63,842 nt of DNA, taken from assembly GCA_964188305.1 (NCBI GenBank), contig OZ076887.1, one strand, 5' to 3'. The stretch comes from Podarcis bocagei. Taxonomy: Eukaryota. Made by a program: the position numbers and the translations under genes. Below are positions 37,303 through 50,892 of this stretch, in pieces (position 1 is the first letter of the stretch; each line of letters opens with the position of its first letter). A model generated the notes under the pieces. It saw nothing but the letters and a program-made list of their open reading frames with translations. It made no database searches and was not told the origin of the DNA.

Positions 37303-37474
37303 GGGCGTGTCCACACTTCTTCTTGTCCTACTGCTTTGCCCCAGGGAAAACAGCTCTTTGGCGCTCAACCAGAGCAAAGGGCAATTTGGGCTTTAGAGCT
37401 AACGGGTTTTCCCTGGGAAAGCATCGATACCCATGCTTTCTAGGTACAGGGCAAGCATAAGGGTGGATAAGCCC
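37303..37474. mobile_element. Palindromic Harbinger-like MITE
   Basis: GGGCGTGTCCAC ... GTGGATAAGCCC termini with TAA on both sides. Internal inverted repeat CCCAGGGAAAAC / GTTTTCCCTGGG. Confidence 0.65.
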
Positions 37475-37480
37475 TAAGAC

Positions 37481-37659
37481 CAGTGCTTTTTTCTATAAAA
37501 AAAAAAAAAGTTTAGGGGTACTCTCATTTTGACTCAAGAAAATCACCATTTTATAGTTCAAATCAGGAAAAATAAATACAGTAAATGGACAAAAGTACAA
37601 AGATTCACAAAATGTTTAGGGGTATGTGTATCCCTGTGTCCCCCCAGAAAAAAGCACTG
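37481..37659. mobile_element. hAT MITE, 179 bp (short form of 30077-30444, opposite orientation)
   Basis: TIR CAGTGCTTTTTTCT / AGAAAAAAGCACTG and a perfect TSD CCTAAGAC (37473-80, 37660-67). Confidence 0.95.
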
Positions 37660-40096
37660 CCTAAGACTAAGGATGGCAGAGAAGTTTTCTTCAGTTCACA
37701 TTTTCATGTGTCTTGAAATTAAGATTGGAAAATGAGAAACTGAAATTGACAGATGCATCAAACCCTTTCATGTTTCCTGTCCCATGCTATGGAACACCCT
37801 TCCAGTAGAGATTTGGCAGCCATTCTCATCTATTTATTTTTAATACTTTTGGTCATCTCTTGAAAACATTTTTATGTCAACAGGTCTATGTAGCTGTTTT
37901 TATTATTGATTAGCCAGTCATTTTAATGATCATTCTGCACTGCTTTTTAATGTTTATATCTTGCTGAATGCCTCTCTGAAATTTTATGGTATGGCAGTAT
38001 GTATACAGAAACACCTCTTATGAATAACTAAATCAAACCTTCACTAAAGCAGAGCCAAAATTTATCCATGGATTTAGAGAGATGAGAGGGAGTGCCCTGA
38101 AACCACTGAGCATGCCCACTTTTATTTCTGCCGCTTCCTGTTTTACAAGAGTGGTACTCCTTCTGCCAGTTGGCTGCCATTCCCATCTCTGCCTCACCCA
38201 CAATTCTCCTGTGAGTAATGCCAGACCATTAGCATGTCATCCCAGCTTAGGCAGAACATGGTGTGATGTGCAACTGGTGTCATATGAAGATGCTCTAACT
38301 AAGGCTCTTAACCTGTCTGGGATTTCAGTTACTTTTATTCTCTCTGTGACTGTTTTACACTGCTCTAATACTTTTGTTTTATTTTTATTTTTCTCTCAAA
38401 TGTTATATTATTTCATTTGTTTTGTAAGTCATCCTGAGAACTTTGTTCTAATGAAGAATTCAGAGCTGTACGCAGTAGTTTACAGAAGGCTGCTGCAAGC
38501 GAACAAAACTGACATTTTGCCCCACCTCCCAAACAGCCAAAATGCCCCCCTTTCAAAATGCCTGTGAATGGGATGGAAAGACTGGTGGGGTCATGTTTTT
38601 AGTCCTAGGCACAATGAGAGGATCCCTTCCAGTAGAGCCTAAAGGATGAGTTTGCAAAAGATGGCAGTAGAACCAGTTTGTTGCAGTAGTTGATGTGTGT
38701 TGGACTTGGACTGAGAAGACCCAGGTTTAAATCTCCATGCAGCCTGCCACTCTAGGGGTGCTCACACATTACATTAAATGAGAGTACAGTCTGTGTGTCT
38801 GTGTGGACATATAGTTGAGCTTTACATCCATACCATTATTCACATGTACAACAAGTGCACAGTCTGTGTACCTGAGTGCACAATGAATAAATCGTAAATC
38901 AACACTGTACACTATTCTGCACAAATCCTTCTACGTGTGCTGAGACAGCTTGTACCCGTGTTCAGTGTTTGAGAATGTCTTCCCTCTCAGAGTAACCTAC
39001 CTCACAGGGTTGTTGTGAAGATACTGTGTATGTGTGTGTATGTGGGGAAAACATGTAACCAGGAAACGAAGAAATTTGAGCTGTATGCAGTTGTTTACAG
39101 AAAGATGCTGTAAACACACAAAGTTGATATTTTGATCCCCCTTGATCATCTTGGTCATTTGCCGAGAGAAAAGTAGTTGCATATTGAGTACTTGTGAATA
39201 CTGATGTGGTCACTTTGAGAGCTGCAACTGTACCTAGTGTACATTGCATATCATACCGTGTTTTGCCCACTTCCCTGAGACAACTCTCTTATAGTTTGTT
39301 CTTGGAGCCGTGTCTGTTTGATTGATATGGCATGGTGTGCACTGCTCTGTGTTTTAAGGAGAACAGTGCCAGAACAGAAATTTGTTTTCCCTGGAGTGGC
39401 TTTCCCACTCCCACTCTTCAGAACAACACTATCAGCACCTGGAGACACTTTTTACACCTTTCCTAATAAATGAAAATTTTGAGATGAAGTTAGGTTACAT
39501 TTTGCCTGGAAGCGTTTTCATCAATCAATATGCTCCCCCCCCCTTTTTCCGTTTGCCCTCGTTGTTTATCAAGGCAAGTCAAAAAGATTTATTGTAACTA
39601 CTCCTAGGGGATCTCTCACTTCTATAACTTTCTACCTTAAAGAGACATTCATGGGTATAACAGCTGCGTTCTGCATGGGAGGTTTGCAAAATGCCATCTT
39701 TGGAATTACCTGCATAGAATTTATTGGAAATGGTCTACATGTTAATACATTTACTGCAACATTACTTTGGACATCAGGGCTTGTTTAGCAAATTATGTTA
39801 GTTTATCAAAGCACCTGGAAGATGCAAAAGCATCTCTCTCCTTCCTCCACCTTTTCTCATTACAAAATGCAGTGGCTCGTGTTGTTACATTCACATTAGA
39901 CAAAACTTTAGAGCCCACACATGTTCTCCTAAGAGAAAGGGCATAAATCATTTAGAAATGAGTGACAGGAGAAAAAGGATTATTAGGAAGTGTATTGCTT
40001 CCCATGACATTACAAATTCTGTACTGTGGATTACTCTTCGCTGTCTCCTCCTCCTTATCATTTATATTTAGAAGGTTCAAAACACCTCATATACAG

Positions 40097-40233
40097 TGGG
40101 AGGAATTCAACCATTGTGCTAAGGTGATTGTTCCATCAGTGCAAGGATTTCGCGTTTCCGGATGGAATTATCCCCTTCGCGCAACTATTAGTCCTTGTGC
40201 AGGGCTTCCACAAACAGGACTCAGTTGAATCCC
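40097..40233. mobile_element. Probable palindromic MITE
   Basis: ATTCAAC...GTTGAAT termini resembling 154-264. Internal GCAAGGA / TCCTTGTGC inverted match. Confidence 0.45.
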
Positions 40234-41573
40234 ATTCAATTACGTACATCAACAATCCAATGTAATTTGGCCCATATTCCCAGAAATATGGGAATATCAA
40301 TTTTTTAAATACAGTACATCTTGCTTTAGAGCCACTGGGATGCTTTATATATTTTTCTATTTGGGATGTTTTCATGGTCAAAGATCTCCCTGAGGTGAAT
40401 CGAGGAGATCAGTTGTGGGGAGTTAGAAGCATCCTTATTTTCATCTGAGGAATGTTGGATGGTATACTTCTGAGTAGATGTCGTTAGGATTGTACTGTTA
40501 ATAATAATTCAGTGTGAAATGGTGATAGAACGGACTCGGTTATGAACACATGTGAAAAGGAGTCTATAGGAGTTCTGAGCCATCCCTAAACCCAACCCTT
40601 TCGTGGTAGATATAGTTGAATTGCTTCATACACATGTTTGCGACTGGTTTGTAATGGGAGTATATCCAGAAGAGACGTAAGCATGTTAGGTATACAGTGT
40701 GGAAGTATTAAGCAAGTCCAAAGTAGGAAGGGAACTGGATTATAAGAAACCAGTTGAAAGGCTGATTTTACTGAACTGCATTTTAGAACTTTTTAGTCAT
40801 ACATGTTTTAGCTTCTTGTGATTAACAATCAAGCCATGGTGCAATAACATTAAATGGCTATTGATGTTTACAAAAACAAGCCCCTATTTCACCCTACCTC
40901 TTATTGCTCTTTCTTATCCTTTTGTCTCATGGGCACAAGCCTCTCCACTCATTCATTCTTTATCCACGATTCAGGCAAGGCCTGTGGATACTTGAGCACT
41001 GCAGAAGAGAAACTGCAGGCTTTAGTTTATTAATCTTTCCCTCCAGCTGTTCAGCTCAGCAGGCGCTGTGCAACAGTGGCTTGCTGAGCATATGAGAGTC
41101 AGCAGGAGGTGCTGGTGCAGAGGGCAGGGGACATGTTCAGTGGGGCTCCCAGGGATCTCAAGAAAGCCAGGGTACCTGGGATAATTCACAGCGACTTCTG
41201 ATGCACAAAAGTACTATAGAAGCAGGGGCGGAGGGGAGGAACATATACTAAGTAATTAAACAACTAAAACGCTGAGCACACTCAGGACAAATTTAAACAT
41301 GTTTCAGTTCCATTTCCTGTTGGAAATCAGGGGGGACTTAAAGGCACCTGACTTTGGCTGGATTGTGTTCATTTTCAAAAACACACACACTACAATACAA
41401 GGAGAAGCACACAGTCGTTCTAAGTAATGTTTTGAAGGGGGAAACTTGCACAAGGGTTCCCCAAGCAGGGCCCTTAGTTTTTCGTCCTAGAAGAAAGAAC
41501 ATGACAAGTCAAACTAGAAATAACTTAGAATGCTGGCAACAATCCTGTTACCATAGTGGTGGTATCTACACAT

Positions 41574-41931
41574 TAAGGTAAAAGGTAAAGGACCCCTGGA
41601 AGGTTAAGTCCAGTCAAAGGCGACTATGGGGTTGCGGCGCTCATCTCTCTTCAGGTCGAGGGAGCTGGTGTTTGTCCACAGACAGCTTTCCGGGTCATGT
41701 GGCCAGCATGACTAAACCACTTCTGGCACATGGAAATGCTGTTTACTTTCCTGCCACAGCAGTACCTATATATCTACTTGTTCTGGTGTGCTTTCTAACT
41801 GCTAGGTTGGCAGAAGGTGGGACAGAGCAACGGGAGCTCACCCCGTCTTGCGGATTCAAACCACGAACCTTCCTATCAGCAAGCCCAAGAGGCTCAGTGG
41901 TTTAGACCACAGCACCACTCGCTCCCCTGAC
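41574..41931 (-). mobile_element. Sauria SINE, full length
   Basis: tRNA-like head at the right end, conserved CCGGGTCATGTGGCCAGCATGACT body and (ACCTTT)-type tail. Flanking direct repeat CTACACAT (41566-73, 41932-39). Confidence 0.93.
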
Positions 41932-42189
41932 CTACACATGGGGTCGTACCACATCTGTAGGGCAGATGGGGGCAAGTTTCTCCTCATTCCATTTCTTTAT
42001 TGTGCATTCCACTGCTCCTGCCTAGGAGATGAATTTCAAACTTGGAGAACTTCTAACATTAATTCTGAATTTGAAAAAATGAAGGCAATCCCACCTTGTC
42101 ATTTCCTTCAGTTCATTTGCATCACACTGTCCCTCCCTGCATTACATTTGTGCACACATACATTGCTCAGCTACTCAAGGTGGTGAAGA

Positions 42190-42300
42190 TGGTTTTTACC
42201 CTTTCTTGTTTAATCCCCACAACAATTCTATGTGGTAGGTTAGGATGAGAGGCAGTGACTGGCCCAAAGTCACCCAGTGAGCTCCATGGCCGGGTAGGGA
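42190..42300 (-). mobile_element. Squam3-type SINE fragment
   Basis: GTAGGTTAGGATGAGAGGCAGTGACTGGCCCAAAGTCACCCAGTGAGCTCCATGGC. Confidence 0.75.
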
Positions 42301-42304
42301 GTCC

Positions 42305-42795
42305 ATTTATGAATTATTTGATTCCAGTTATGAATTGCTTCCCACAGCACACAACAATTTCACAGTAAGAGACATTAACAATTAAAACAATTACAGACAA
42401 TTCCATATATAAAAACAATTTCACATGTAAAAACAATTCCAGATTGAGTCTGCTCTGGGGTAAAGGTCTCAATTATAAAGCCTTGATGAAAAAGAAAGAT
42501 CTTCAGTAGGTACTGAGAAGAGAACAGAGATGGCACCTGTTTGATGCATATTGGGAAGGAATTCCAACAGGCAGGGGCCACCACAATAAAGGCCCAGTTT
42601 CTATACTGCACACAATGGACCTTGTGATACAATGGAGTCCCTTTGCAGAGTGCAGTAATAGATTGGGTATATAAGACTTGAGATGATATTTTAGGTATCT
42701 GGCCCAAGCTGTACAGTGCTTTGTACACTAGGCACCTGATGAGAAATCTGGATGAGATATTAGGCAATCGCTGCAGACCAAGAATGGCACCTGTA
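42305..42795 (-). mobile_element. L2 LINE 3' end, degenerate
   Basis: Translates CLVYKAL...WAFIVVAPACWNSFP...LLKIFLF. Confidence 0.8.
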
Positions 42796-43451
42796 TTGCC
42801 TTCAGGGTACAGGAGGTGACCATCAGATACATATCAGTCCTGAGTAAATGAACTGTGAAAGTTTCCAATTCCAGCCCACTACCAGTTGTTGTTTTTTATG
42901 GCTGCTTATTTATTTTCTCTGCTCCCTGTGGTGTGCCATTAAGGGACAGCAAGAGGGAGCAGCCTCCCTGCCAGTGCTTCAGACTACTTGTGATTTATTC
43001 CTTCAGAGCACCTATATTTATGGTGAGTTCCCGGGCTCTTTACCTACATACTGAGTAAGTGTGCCTAAGGCACAAATCATTGGACTTCAGAAAAAGGTGT
43101 GCTGAAGAAACAGCTTGTCTTGGATCACCATTGCTGTACTTTAGCTTGATGCATTATAAAAAGGGAAATAAATAATCACAATTTATGCCCTCGAAATATA
43201 TTGCGTTTTAAAAGCTTCACTTTGAGCGTGTACTTTGAGACCATGCTTAATGCTGTCCTGCCCCTTGCCCCCAGTCTTTACCCCTCCCCTGACCTCCTGA
43301 AACGCTGCTCCTGTACATATACCTACAATTTAATTGACAGCTGGCAAATTATGTAACTATCATGGGTTCCATAAAAGAATCCTGAGAATTGCAAATTGGC
43401 AAGAATATTGCCTTTTAGGGGAAGACAGATGCAATATAACATTTCTCTTCT

Positions 43452-43630
43452 CCCAGGCATTTGGCTAAGTAAACAGTCTATGGCCTTTTAAACTTTGTGT
43501 GCTGTGGGGGTATTGAGGGTTCTTGGGTTTTTCTGCTATTATGGTATGTATTTTTGTGTTTTTATATTGTAAACTGCCCTGCGATCTTCGGATGAAGGGC
43601 GGTATAGAAATTTAATAAATAATAATAATA
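43452..43630 (+). mobile_element. L2 3' UTR with (TAA)n tail
   Basis: TTGTAAACTGCCCTGCGATCTTCGGATGAAGGGCGGTATAGAAATTTAATAAATAATAATAAT, a terminal stem-loop plus tail. Confidence 0.75.
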
Positions 43631-44286
43631 TAAAAAGATGACTATAGCACAGCTGAGCTGTCAGGTGAGAATGCAGTCTAATCAAATGCTACTTGAAGGC
43701 TGCAGACCTTGCTCTCCCTGCCTGCCTGCCTGCTTCCTTCCTTGCTATCCTTTACCACCTCTGGCTTGGGAAAGTTAACAAAGTGCCCCACAGCTGGGTG
43801 CCTGTGATGAAAGCTTCTCACCTCAGATACTCGGCTGCAGGCTGCTTTGTTATGTTTCCTGAGCCAGAACAGGAGGAGGAGGAGGAGGCAGTCAATAGAG
43901 GGTGAGCAAGAGGGTAAATGGATGGGGAGTGGTGGAGTGTTCATTAGTTTGCTCATTTCACAGCTCAGTTGTGCAGGAGGTCACAAGAACGTGCTGAGAG
44001 TCTTCGGTTATATCTGTCTCCACCCTTTAGAGATCTTTAGCCTGGCCCTTTCCTCACAGAATTATGGCTTCTAGGGGCCTTTTGGGACAGGGAATGACTA
44101 TTCAGAATGCAATCTTATACATATCCACTCCATAAGTCCAACAGTGTTCCAAGAACCTTACTCTCAGGCAACTGGGTATAGAATTGTTGCTTTGCCTTGG
44201 TTTGTGGTGATTTAACCACATCACTCTTGTACCACACAAATCCCTTGCCTACAAAAATAAGCCTCTGTGTTGATTGGAATTTGAGA

Positions 44287-44367
44287 TATATATCTATATC
44301 TATATCTATATCTATATCTATATATATCTATATATCTATATATCTATATATAGATATATATATCTCT
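44287..44367. repeat. (TATATC)n AT-rich simple repeat
   Basis: Directly visible. Confidence 0.95.
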
Positions 44368-44814
44368 ATTAATCAAATATTTATAATAGTTCTGTTTTAC
44401 TCCTTTCCAGTCTGCTCCCCTTTCTGACCAATCTAGGCACCTTGTAAGCTTTCTGAAACCGTGAATGATACATTCTCATTTTTGCATTCACCATATTCTA
44501 AATCTGCTTTATTTCAGGCTTGGCAACAATTTTAAATCAAGCACAGTAGCAAGCAGTGGTGAACTGATGAAGACATAGTGCCTGCTTTCAAACTTTGCCT
44601 GAGTCAAGCTGATGTGATCTCGGGTGGGGGAGAACCTGAGTTAAGCTGACACAAAATTCAGAATGGTGCCAAAGCAGCACCAGAGCTGCTTAGGAATTGT
44701 TTTCCTACAATTTTTCTTTCTGTAGGCCCAATGGAGCCAATTGATATTTGGTTATTTTCTGGTGTGCTGAATACTTAGCATCTAACCATTTAAATAATAG
44801 ATTGCACTTTCAGC

Positions 44815-45033
44815 AGTGACTAGAGGAGGAATGACTGCTGAGAGGATTGTAGAGAGGAGAAACGCCATGGTGCATCTGTAGCAGCACAACTGGACACCTT
44901 CATATGTCCCAGCTGCAACCAAACGTATCTCTCCCACATTGGTCTCTACAGTGCTGTAACCTTCAAACAGTTTAACTTCACCCCCAAAGGCTCACTGCTC
45001 CATTGTCTCCTGAGACAGATGGATGCCAACAAA
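44815..45033 (+). mobile_element. RTE-clade LINE 3' end (non-BovB subfamily)
   Basis: Encodes TFICPSCNQTYLSHIGLYS, a C-terminal CxxC motif typical of RTE ORFs. Terminal hairpin TGTCTC/GAGACA and a CCAACAA tail. Confidence 0.7.
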
Positions 45034-45505
45034 CCAACTTTTAGAAATATTTTGATTGAATACTATACAGATCAGGCTTGAGTACTATTACAGTTCTAGT
45101 AATTAATTAATAGCAGCTGGTAGCCCCTGAATCTGGTGGGATGGCCTGTGGTCAAGGAGGTCATGCAGGCAGGGTCAGTAAGGGGTGTCACAGGGGTGGC
45201 ACCAAGGAGGTAACATGGGGAGACAAGTTGTCCTGGCTTTCTTCCCATCTTCATCCCATGCAGAGGAGTAGCCAATGTGGTACCCTCCGTCTTTCACTGA
45301 ACTATAACCTCATCACCCTTGGCCACTGATGATGGTGGTTCGATGGAAGTTGGAGTCTTGGCTACTCTTGTTTTACTGCAGAATGTGTGTCTTCACCCTT
45401 AGCAATTTATGCCATCATTTTATTCAATTTATTTTTGTTCCAGACTTATTTATTCATGTATTCATAGTTGATAGTATGCCAGCGTTTGAATTTTTAGATC
45501 TTGTA

Positions 45506-45607
45506 ATTGGGGAACCTGTGGCAATCAAGAGGGTGTTGGATTCCCACTCAAATAGTCTCTGACCATTGGCTATGCTGGCTGGGATGCCACAGGTTTTCCA
45601 TCCATGT
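45506..45607. mobile_element. hAT-type MITE remnant
   Basis: GGGGAACCTGTGGCA / TGCCACAGGTTTTCC inverted arms. Confidence 0.6.
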
Positions 45608-46404
45608 TCTAACTAAACATGTATGATCATCTTCTGGCTGATCCTGACAGAATGAAATCAAGATAGTATTGATCTAATGTACTACTCCTTAGAAAGTAGA
45701 AAACAGATATCAATAATATTACATTCGTGTATGGTATTGTTAGTTATTTAGGACACATAGTACACCAAATAACTATTTCTGCATTCACAATACAATATAT
45801 AAACCAGATGTATTTTTTTACTGTAGTGTAGCTACTTTACATTTGATGAAAAGCGAATAATGAACCCCTTGGTTAAATGCACATAAAATATACAATTTAT
45901 ATAGCCCAAGAATTGTCATTCAAAATGTCTAATAGAAAACAATAAAAAATTAATTGGCACAAGTAATGATTTGAGCAGCACAGTTGATGCATATTAGGCA
46001 GTAACAGATACAGAAAAGAATTTAGGAAGCAATTATTCATGCTGGGAGTAATAAGTGTATGAAATGGCACACCAGGCATAACCGTTCAAGCAAAAGACAA
46101 GGAGAGGAAGGAAGAGCATCAGAATGAGCCTTAGCTATCTGCCTGTGTCAGTGAACACTAAAAAGAGGGCAGGTCCTAAAAGAATGTGTCAGCTCTCCTT
46201 ATTCCCTCTGAGAGATGTGTCTCTGTGTTTGCTGTCTCTCTGTGTTTGATGTATATCAAAGTTTCATGATGACTTCAATAATCCCAATCATATAGGGTAA
46301 ATAATACAGATTTCTCTTCCTCCTCATTTTCTTCTCCAACTCTGAAGATACATTATCACGTGGTGAGATTACAAATGACAGGGATTTGTGTTGGCAAGAA
46401 CTTA

Positions 46405-46600
46405 TTTGTATTTATTTGTTGCATTCGTACCTCATCTTTTTCTCCACTTTGCTCATGGTGCACCCCGGTTGATTTAATCCCCACAACAAGCCTGGGAGGT
46501 AGGTTAGCCTGAGAGGCAGTGATTGGCCCAAGGTCACTCAGTGAGCTTCGTGGCCAAGCGGGAGGTTAGAACCCTGGTCTCCCTGGTCCTAGTTTGACAA
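46405..46600 (-). mobile_element. Squam3-type SINE
   Basis: GAGGTAGGTTAGCCTGAGAGGCAGTGATTGGCCCAAGGTCACTCAGTGAGCTTC core and TTTA tail. Confidence 0.8.
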
Positions 46601-46867
46601 GAGGTTGTAGGTGACTCAAGGTGGTGGATGTATATGACATCTATGTGTGAGAGAGCTCAAACACGGGAGAAGCTTCCTGATATAGAATAGAATGTCCCTG
46701 TTTTCATCTGAGAAATGTTGGAGGGTATGTCCTTACGCCAAACCTGTATAAACCACCTATTCCCCATCACAGAAAGAGTGGGGCAAATCAGCAGTTCGTT
46801 CTGCTGCCAACCTGCTGCCACAATGCTGCTTGGAAACCACAATGCTGGTTTCTTTTGGATTAGCAGT

Positions 46868-46885
46868 AAAAAAAAAAAAAAAAAA

Positions 46886-46928
<43 letters not shown>
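46868..46928. repeat. Poly-A followed by (GA)n
   Basis: Directly visible. Confidence 0.97.
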
Positions 46929-46931
<3 letters not shown>

Positions 46932-47297
46932 CTGATTTTGTTGGCTGATCTTAATGGACTGGAAGACTTGTATGAAAGAGGGCCCCCAGGAACCCTGTGA
47001 GCGTGTAGGGTGCTGGTTGTTTTTCTGGAGATCTGAGGTGGGAGCAGTGGACTTTGGTGGTCTCTTAGATTGTTTAAACTGTGCCTCCACTCATCCTCAA
47101 CCTGTGTGTGTGTTCGGTGTCTGCATCAGTTCTGGGTGGAGCCTGAATTATGATGCTAATAGATGAAATTCAGGTGAGAATTTCAGATTGTGCCATTAAT
47201 AAGGCCCCTCGAGTCAGATCAGGGATTGCCTAAACTCCTGAGTTGCTCTATGGACTTGGGTACCTGCTACCCAATATGGTATTTCATCATTTAAATA

Positions 47298-47539
47298 TAG
47301 TGGTACCTCATGTTACATATGCTTCAGGTTACATACGCTTCAGGTTACAGACTCTGCTAACCCAGAAATAGTGCTTCAGGTTAAGAACTTTGCTTCAGGG
47401 TGAGAACAGAAATCATGCCTTGGTGGCGCAGCGGCAGCAGGAGGCCCCATTAGCTAAAGTGGTGCTTCAGGTTAAGAACAGTTTCAGGTTAAGAACGGAT
47501 CTCCAGAACGAATTAAATACTTAACCCGAGGCACCACTA
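47298..47539. mobile_element. Tc1/mariner (Tigger-like) MITE, reverse orientation to 50893-51134
   Basis: Full-length reverse complement of 50893-51134, with TA flanks. Confidence 0.93.
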
Positions 47540-49489
47540 TAAACCAACAGCTGCCTATTAAATTATTTTTAAAAAGTGTAACCAAGCTCACTAGGGAAAC
47601 ACTCTGATCTTGAGTGGGGTGTGGTTGGAGAGGTAGGTGGTGGAGAGATGGAAGGGGATGTTTCATTTAAATGGACAGGTCTGGGTTTTAATCACAGTGA
47701 ATTATTTCCTCAGGACATTCCAATCACAGTGATTTTGGGGAGGGATGTTGCACTAAGGTAGAACCTTTGATTTATTTATTTTTTATTTAAAGAAGAGGCC
47801 TTGGGCTGGACTTTCCTTTGTCTATAGGCCTGCTGAAACTTGCAACTGTAATTTTAAGAAGGTAAGTAGAATTGCAGGTTATATGTCAAACTAAATACAG
47901 TTGTGGATTTGTCACTGTCAATGGGATTGCAAAACACCGCCATCATTATTTCGGCAAGCGTTGTGTCTTTAACCTACAGTGGCAGGAATATGCCTGTTAA
48001 GTCACTTAGCTAGCATTATACTATATTAGTGCAAATCAATCGCTATTTATCCTTAATGCCTTCTCCAATACTTTTACATTCAGTCAAGAAAAAAAATGTT
48101 TGTTTGGCCTGTGTCAGAGATCTATAATGGAATCTTGTGCTTTTATTCAATCAGTGAAAATGACAAAGATACGAAAAGCAATTCAAGATCTAGCCTGCTT
48201 TTGAGATAGTGCCTAGCCCTTAATATGTGGCACCATAAAGAAGGGATGTGGATTTCCCAATGAACATGGCAGGAAGCGTCTACCAGTCATGGTGTCTCTA
48301 TGCTACCTCCAGGATCCGAGACAGGATGCTTTTGAATGCCAGTAGCCGGAGAACACGAGCAGGACAAAGTTATTGAGCTCATATCCTGCTCCTCATAAGC
48401 TGGCCAAACCAAGGAGATGCTAGGTTCCTTGCAGTTCAGCAGCTTGTAGCACCATTTTGTGACAAAATCTTTTTTAAAAATAAAACCAATTATTAATTAT
48501 TGTATGAATGAACTGTACTTTTCATATACCAGATGTGATAATCCCGTGGTTCTCCAAGATTTACAGCCCCAAATGTCAGTGTTCTGCGATGTTCAGGTGG
48601 AGACAGAAGATCTGTGGCAGCATGCCATTCTTCCTCATGAAATCATCAGGCTGTAGGATCTGTTGATGGAGCTGTTTTACAAGACCTCTGTGTTGTTCTT
48701 CTCCTGGGTGCTTAACTCACAAAGCCTTTAATTTTTTTTAAAAAAGCATGGTAGATGCTGCAAGTCACTGACAGGCCTAGCTTCTCCTCCTCGGGCAATG
48801 TGTGCAAGCTGTCATTCACTACCAGGTATAAATACTTGCTTACACACAATTACTGACGGCTGGAGCTCCTGATTACCAGGTGCAGATGGGCAAAGCAGTT
48901 TACGGGGGAATTTGCACACTAATGATGCCTATGTCATGGTGCACTGAGCAGAGAAAACTTGACAGTCAGCACTTCCATCATGACACAAAGGACTTGGGCA
49001 GCCACCCCCACCCCATCTCTGTTTTAGCTAGCTAATTAATTGGGGCCACAGAGAGTGAACTGATCTAAAGCTAAGGCTCAGCCTCATTTTCCCTAAACAA
49101 ACTCAGTAAAAAGGGCAGTCCACCAAACAAAGTTTCCTTGCCTTCCAATCCTAGCGTTTACTGGAATTAACCATGTAAATGTTGCATAATGAGTTTCTCT
49201 CTGCCTGCCCATCCATTAGCTTTCTGAAAGACTGTCCCTGTTTCCCCACAGATGTGTTTACCTTCAGTATGGATTCTGACATCCACATTTCTCCCTGGCT
49301 ATGTTGACTTTTGCAGCTGTCCCATAATCCCCAGCCATAAGGACGTAAGAAGAGCCCATTAAGTTGTTCTCACAGTGGACAACCACATGCCTGTAGGAAA
49401 CTCACAAGCAGGGCCCAAACACAAAAGCACTCTCCCCTCCTGGTGTTTCCAGTAATTTGTATTCCCCTCACATTGAGCAAAACATCACT

Positions 49490-49551
49490 ACTTTGCAGGG
49501 GGTTGAACTAGGTGACCCTCATGGTCCCTTCCAACTTTATGATTCTCTATG
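49490..49551 (+). mobile_element. CR1 extreme 3' end
   Basis: GCAGGGGGTTGAACTAGGTGACCCTCATGGTCCCTTCCAACTTTATGATTCT, homologous to the 3' end of the 60-62 kb CR1. Confidence 0.8.
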
Positions 49552-50892
49552 AGCTTTCCTCCCACCTCCCACCTGTCCCAGCACTTTCTCTGGGAAAACC
49601 CGCATTTTACCTCTGAATCGGAGCAAATGGCAATCTGTGAAAAACTTGATTGCTGTTTGATCTGATTCAACAGTAAAACAGGTTTTGCTGTGGACAGTGT
49701 TGGAACAAATAGAAAAATGCTCGGACACAGAGCTTTAAAGTCCAGACCCGTGCCTAGGAACACAGCACAAAGGAGGTCTGGATGAGCCCTAAGTCCAAGG
49801 GTACTGACCCTCAGGTTGCTGTTCCAATCAACAGTCCCACTTAGCCCCTGTCCCAATTGCCACTATGTGTTGTTGCTACTCATGGGTTCCAGAACTGTGT
49901 CCCAATAATCATTTTGAATCTTCTATATAAGTTAACAGCACACCCTCCCTGCCTACGGAAGCCAATTGAACTTTTAATAACTTCTTGTTTCTCTTTTCCA
50001 GCTGCAATGATTTTTGATTGCACTTTATGCGTGCAAACGGATGACTTTTCTTTTTGCCCCATTGAAGAATGTAATTAATGCACCAGACATTTGTTCTTAA
50101 TTTATTCAGTATGGTTAAAGACTCAAAAGTACCATCAAGCTGATAAGATAATGTTATGCATGCCTTTACACTTCAGCCTTCAAGTTGAAGTATTGCTGAG
50201 TTCCAGTGAGCATTGTGAGCCCTGAATGGAATGTGTAATCATTCCAGGGGGATTTTTTTTTTAAAAAAATCCAAGTAGATTCTTATGCTGTTCTTGTGAT
50301 TGTTATTCATTTGAGCAAATCATTGTTGCTTTGCTGCTTTATTAAGGCTGCTAATGTATGTCAGGACATCTGCCTCAAAAGTTGACAGATTCATGATGGA
50401 TGCTGGCAAAGATTGTTTTATTGTTTTTGTAAAAATTGAGGTGCTGGTATTCATTTCTTGATAAATTCAAAGATGCATCTCCCACCATCTCCTTTGAATC
50501 TGGGCTCATAATTTGGCCTGCCAAATCCAATCTGGCCGCAACTTTTCACACTGAAGCCTTCCTTCCCCAGGTCTTCATCCAAATGTCTTTGCCTCTCAAC
50601 CCCCTTTAAAGTAGACTGACCTGACAGTTCCAAGGAAAATGGGGAGGAGGGAGAAAAAGAAGGGTGACCCTTTTTATTTATTTTAATTTTTTGCAGTGGT
50701 GGCTGCTTTTCAAATGAATAAGAGGGTGGTTATGGTGATGGCAGCCCCTTTGGGTAGAAAGGCCTCTGAGCGACTTCAAGTGGTTTGTGGCTGTTAAGAG
50801 TGAAAATTCAGCAAGGGGGGAAAGGAAATGAGCTTGAGGGTAAACCAAGTATAAACAGAGCTTCCCCATTTTAGGGTTGCCAGATTGCAATA

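Noticed and set aside
40583-40598. Telomere-like CCCTAAACCCAACCCT
   Set aside because: Too short and degenerate to call an interstitial telomere or Helitron-type signature.
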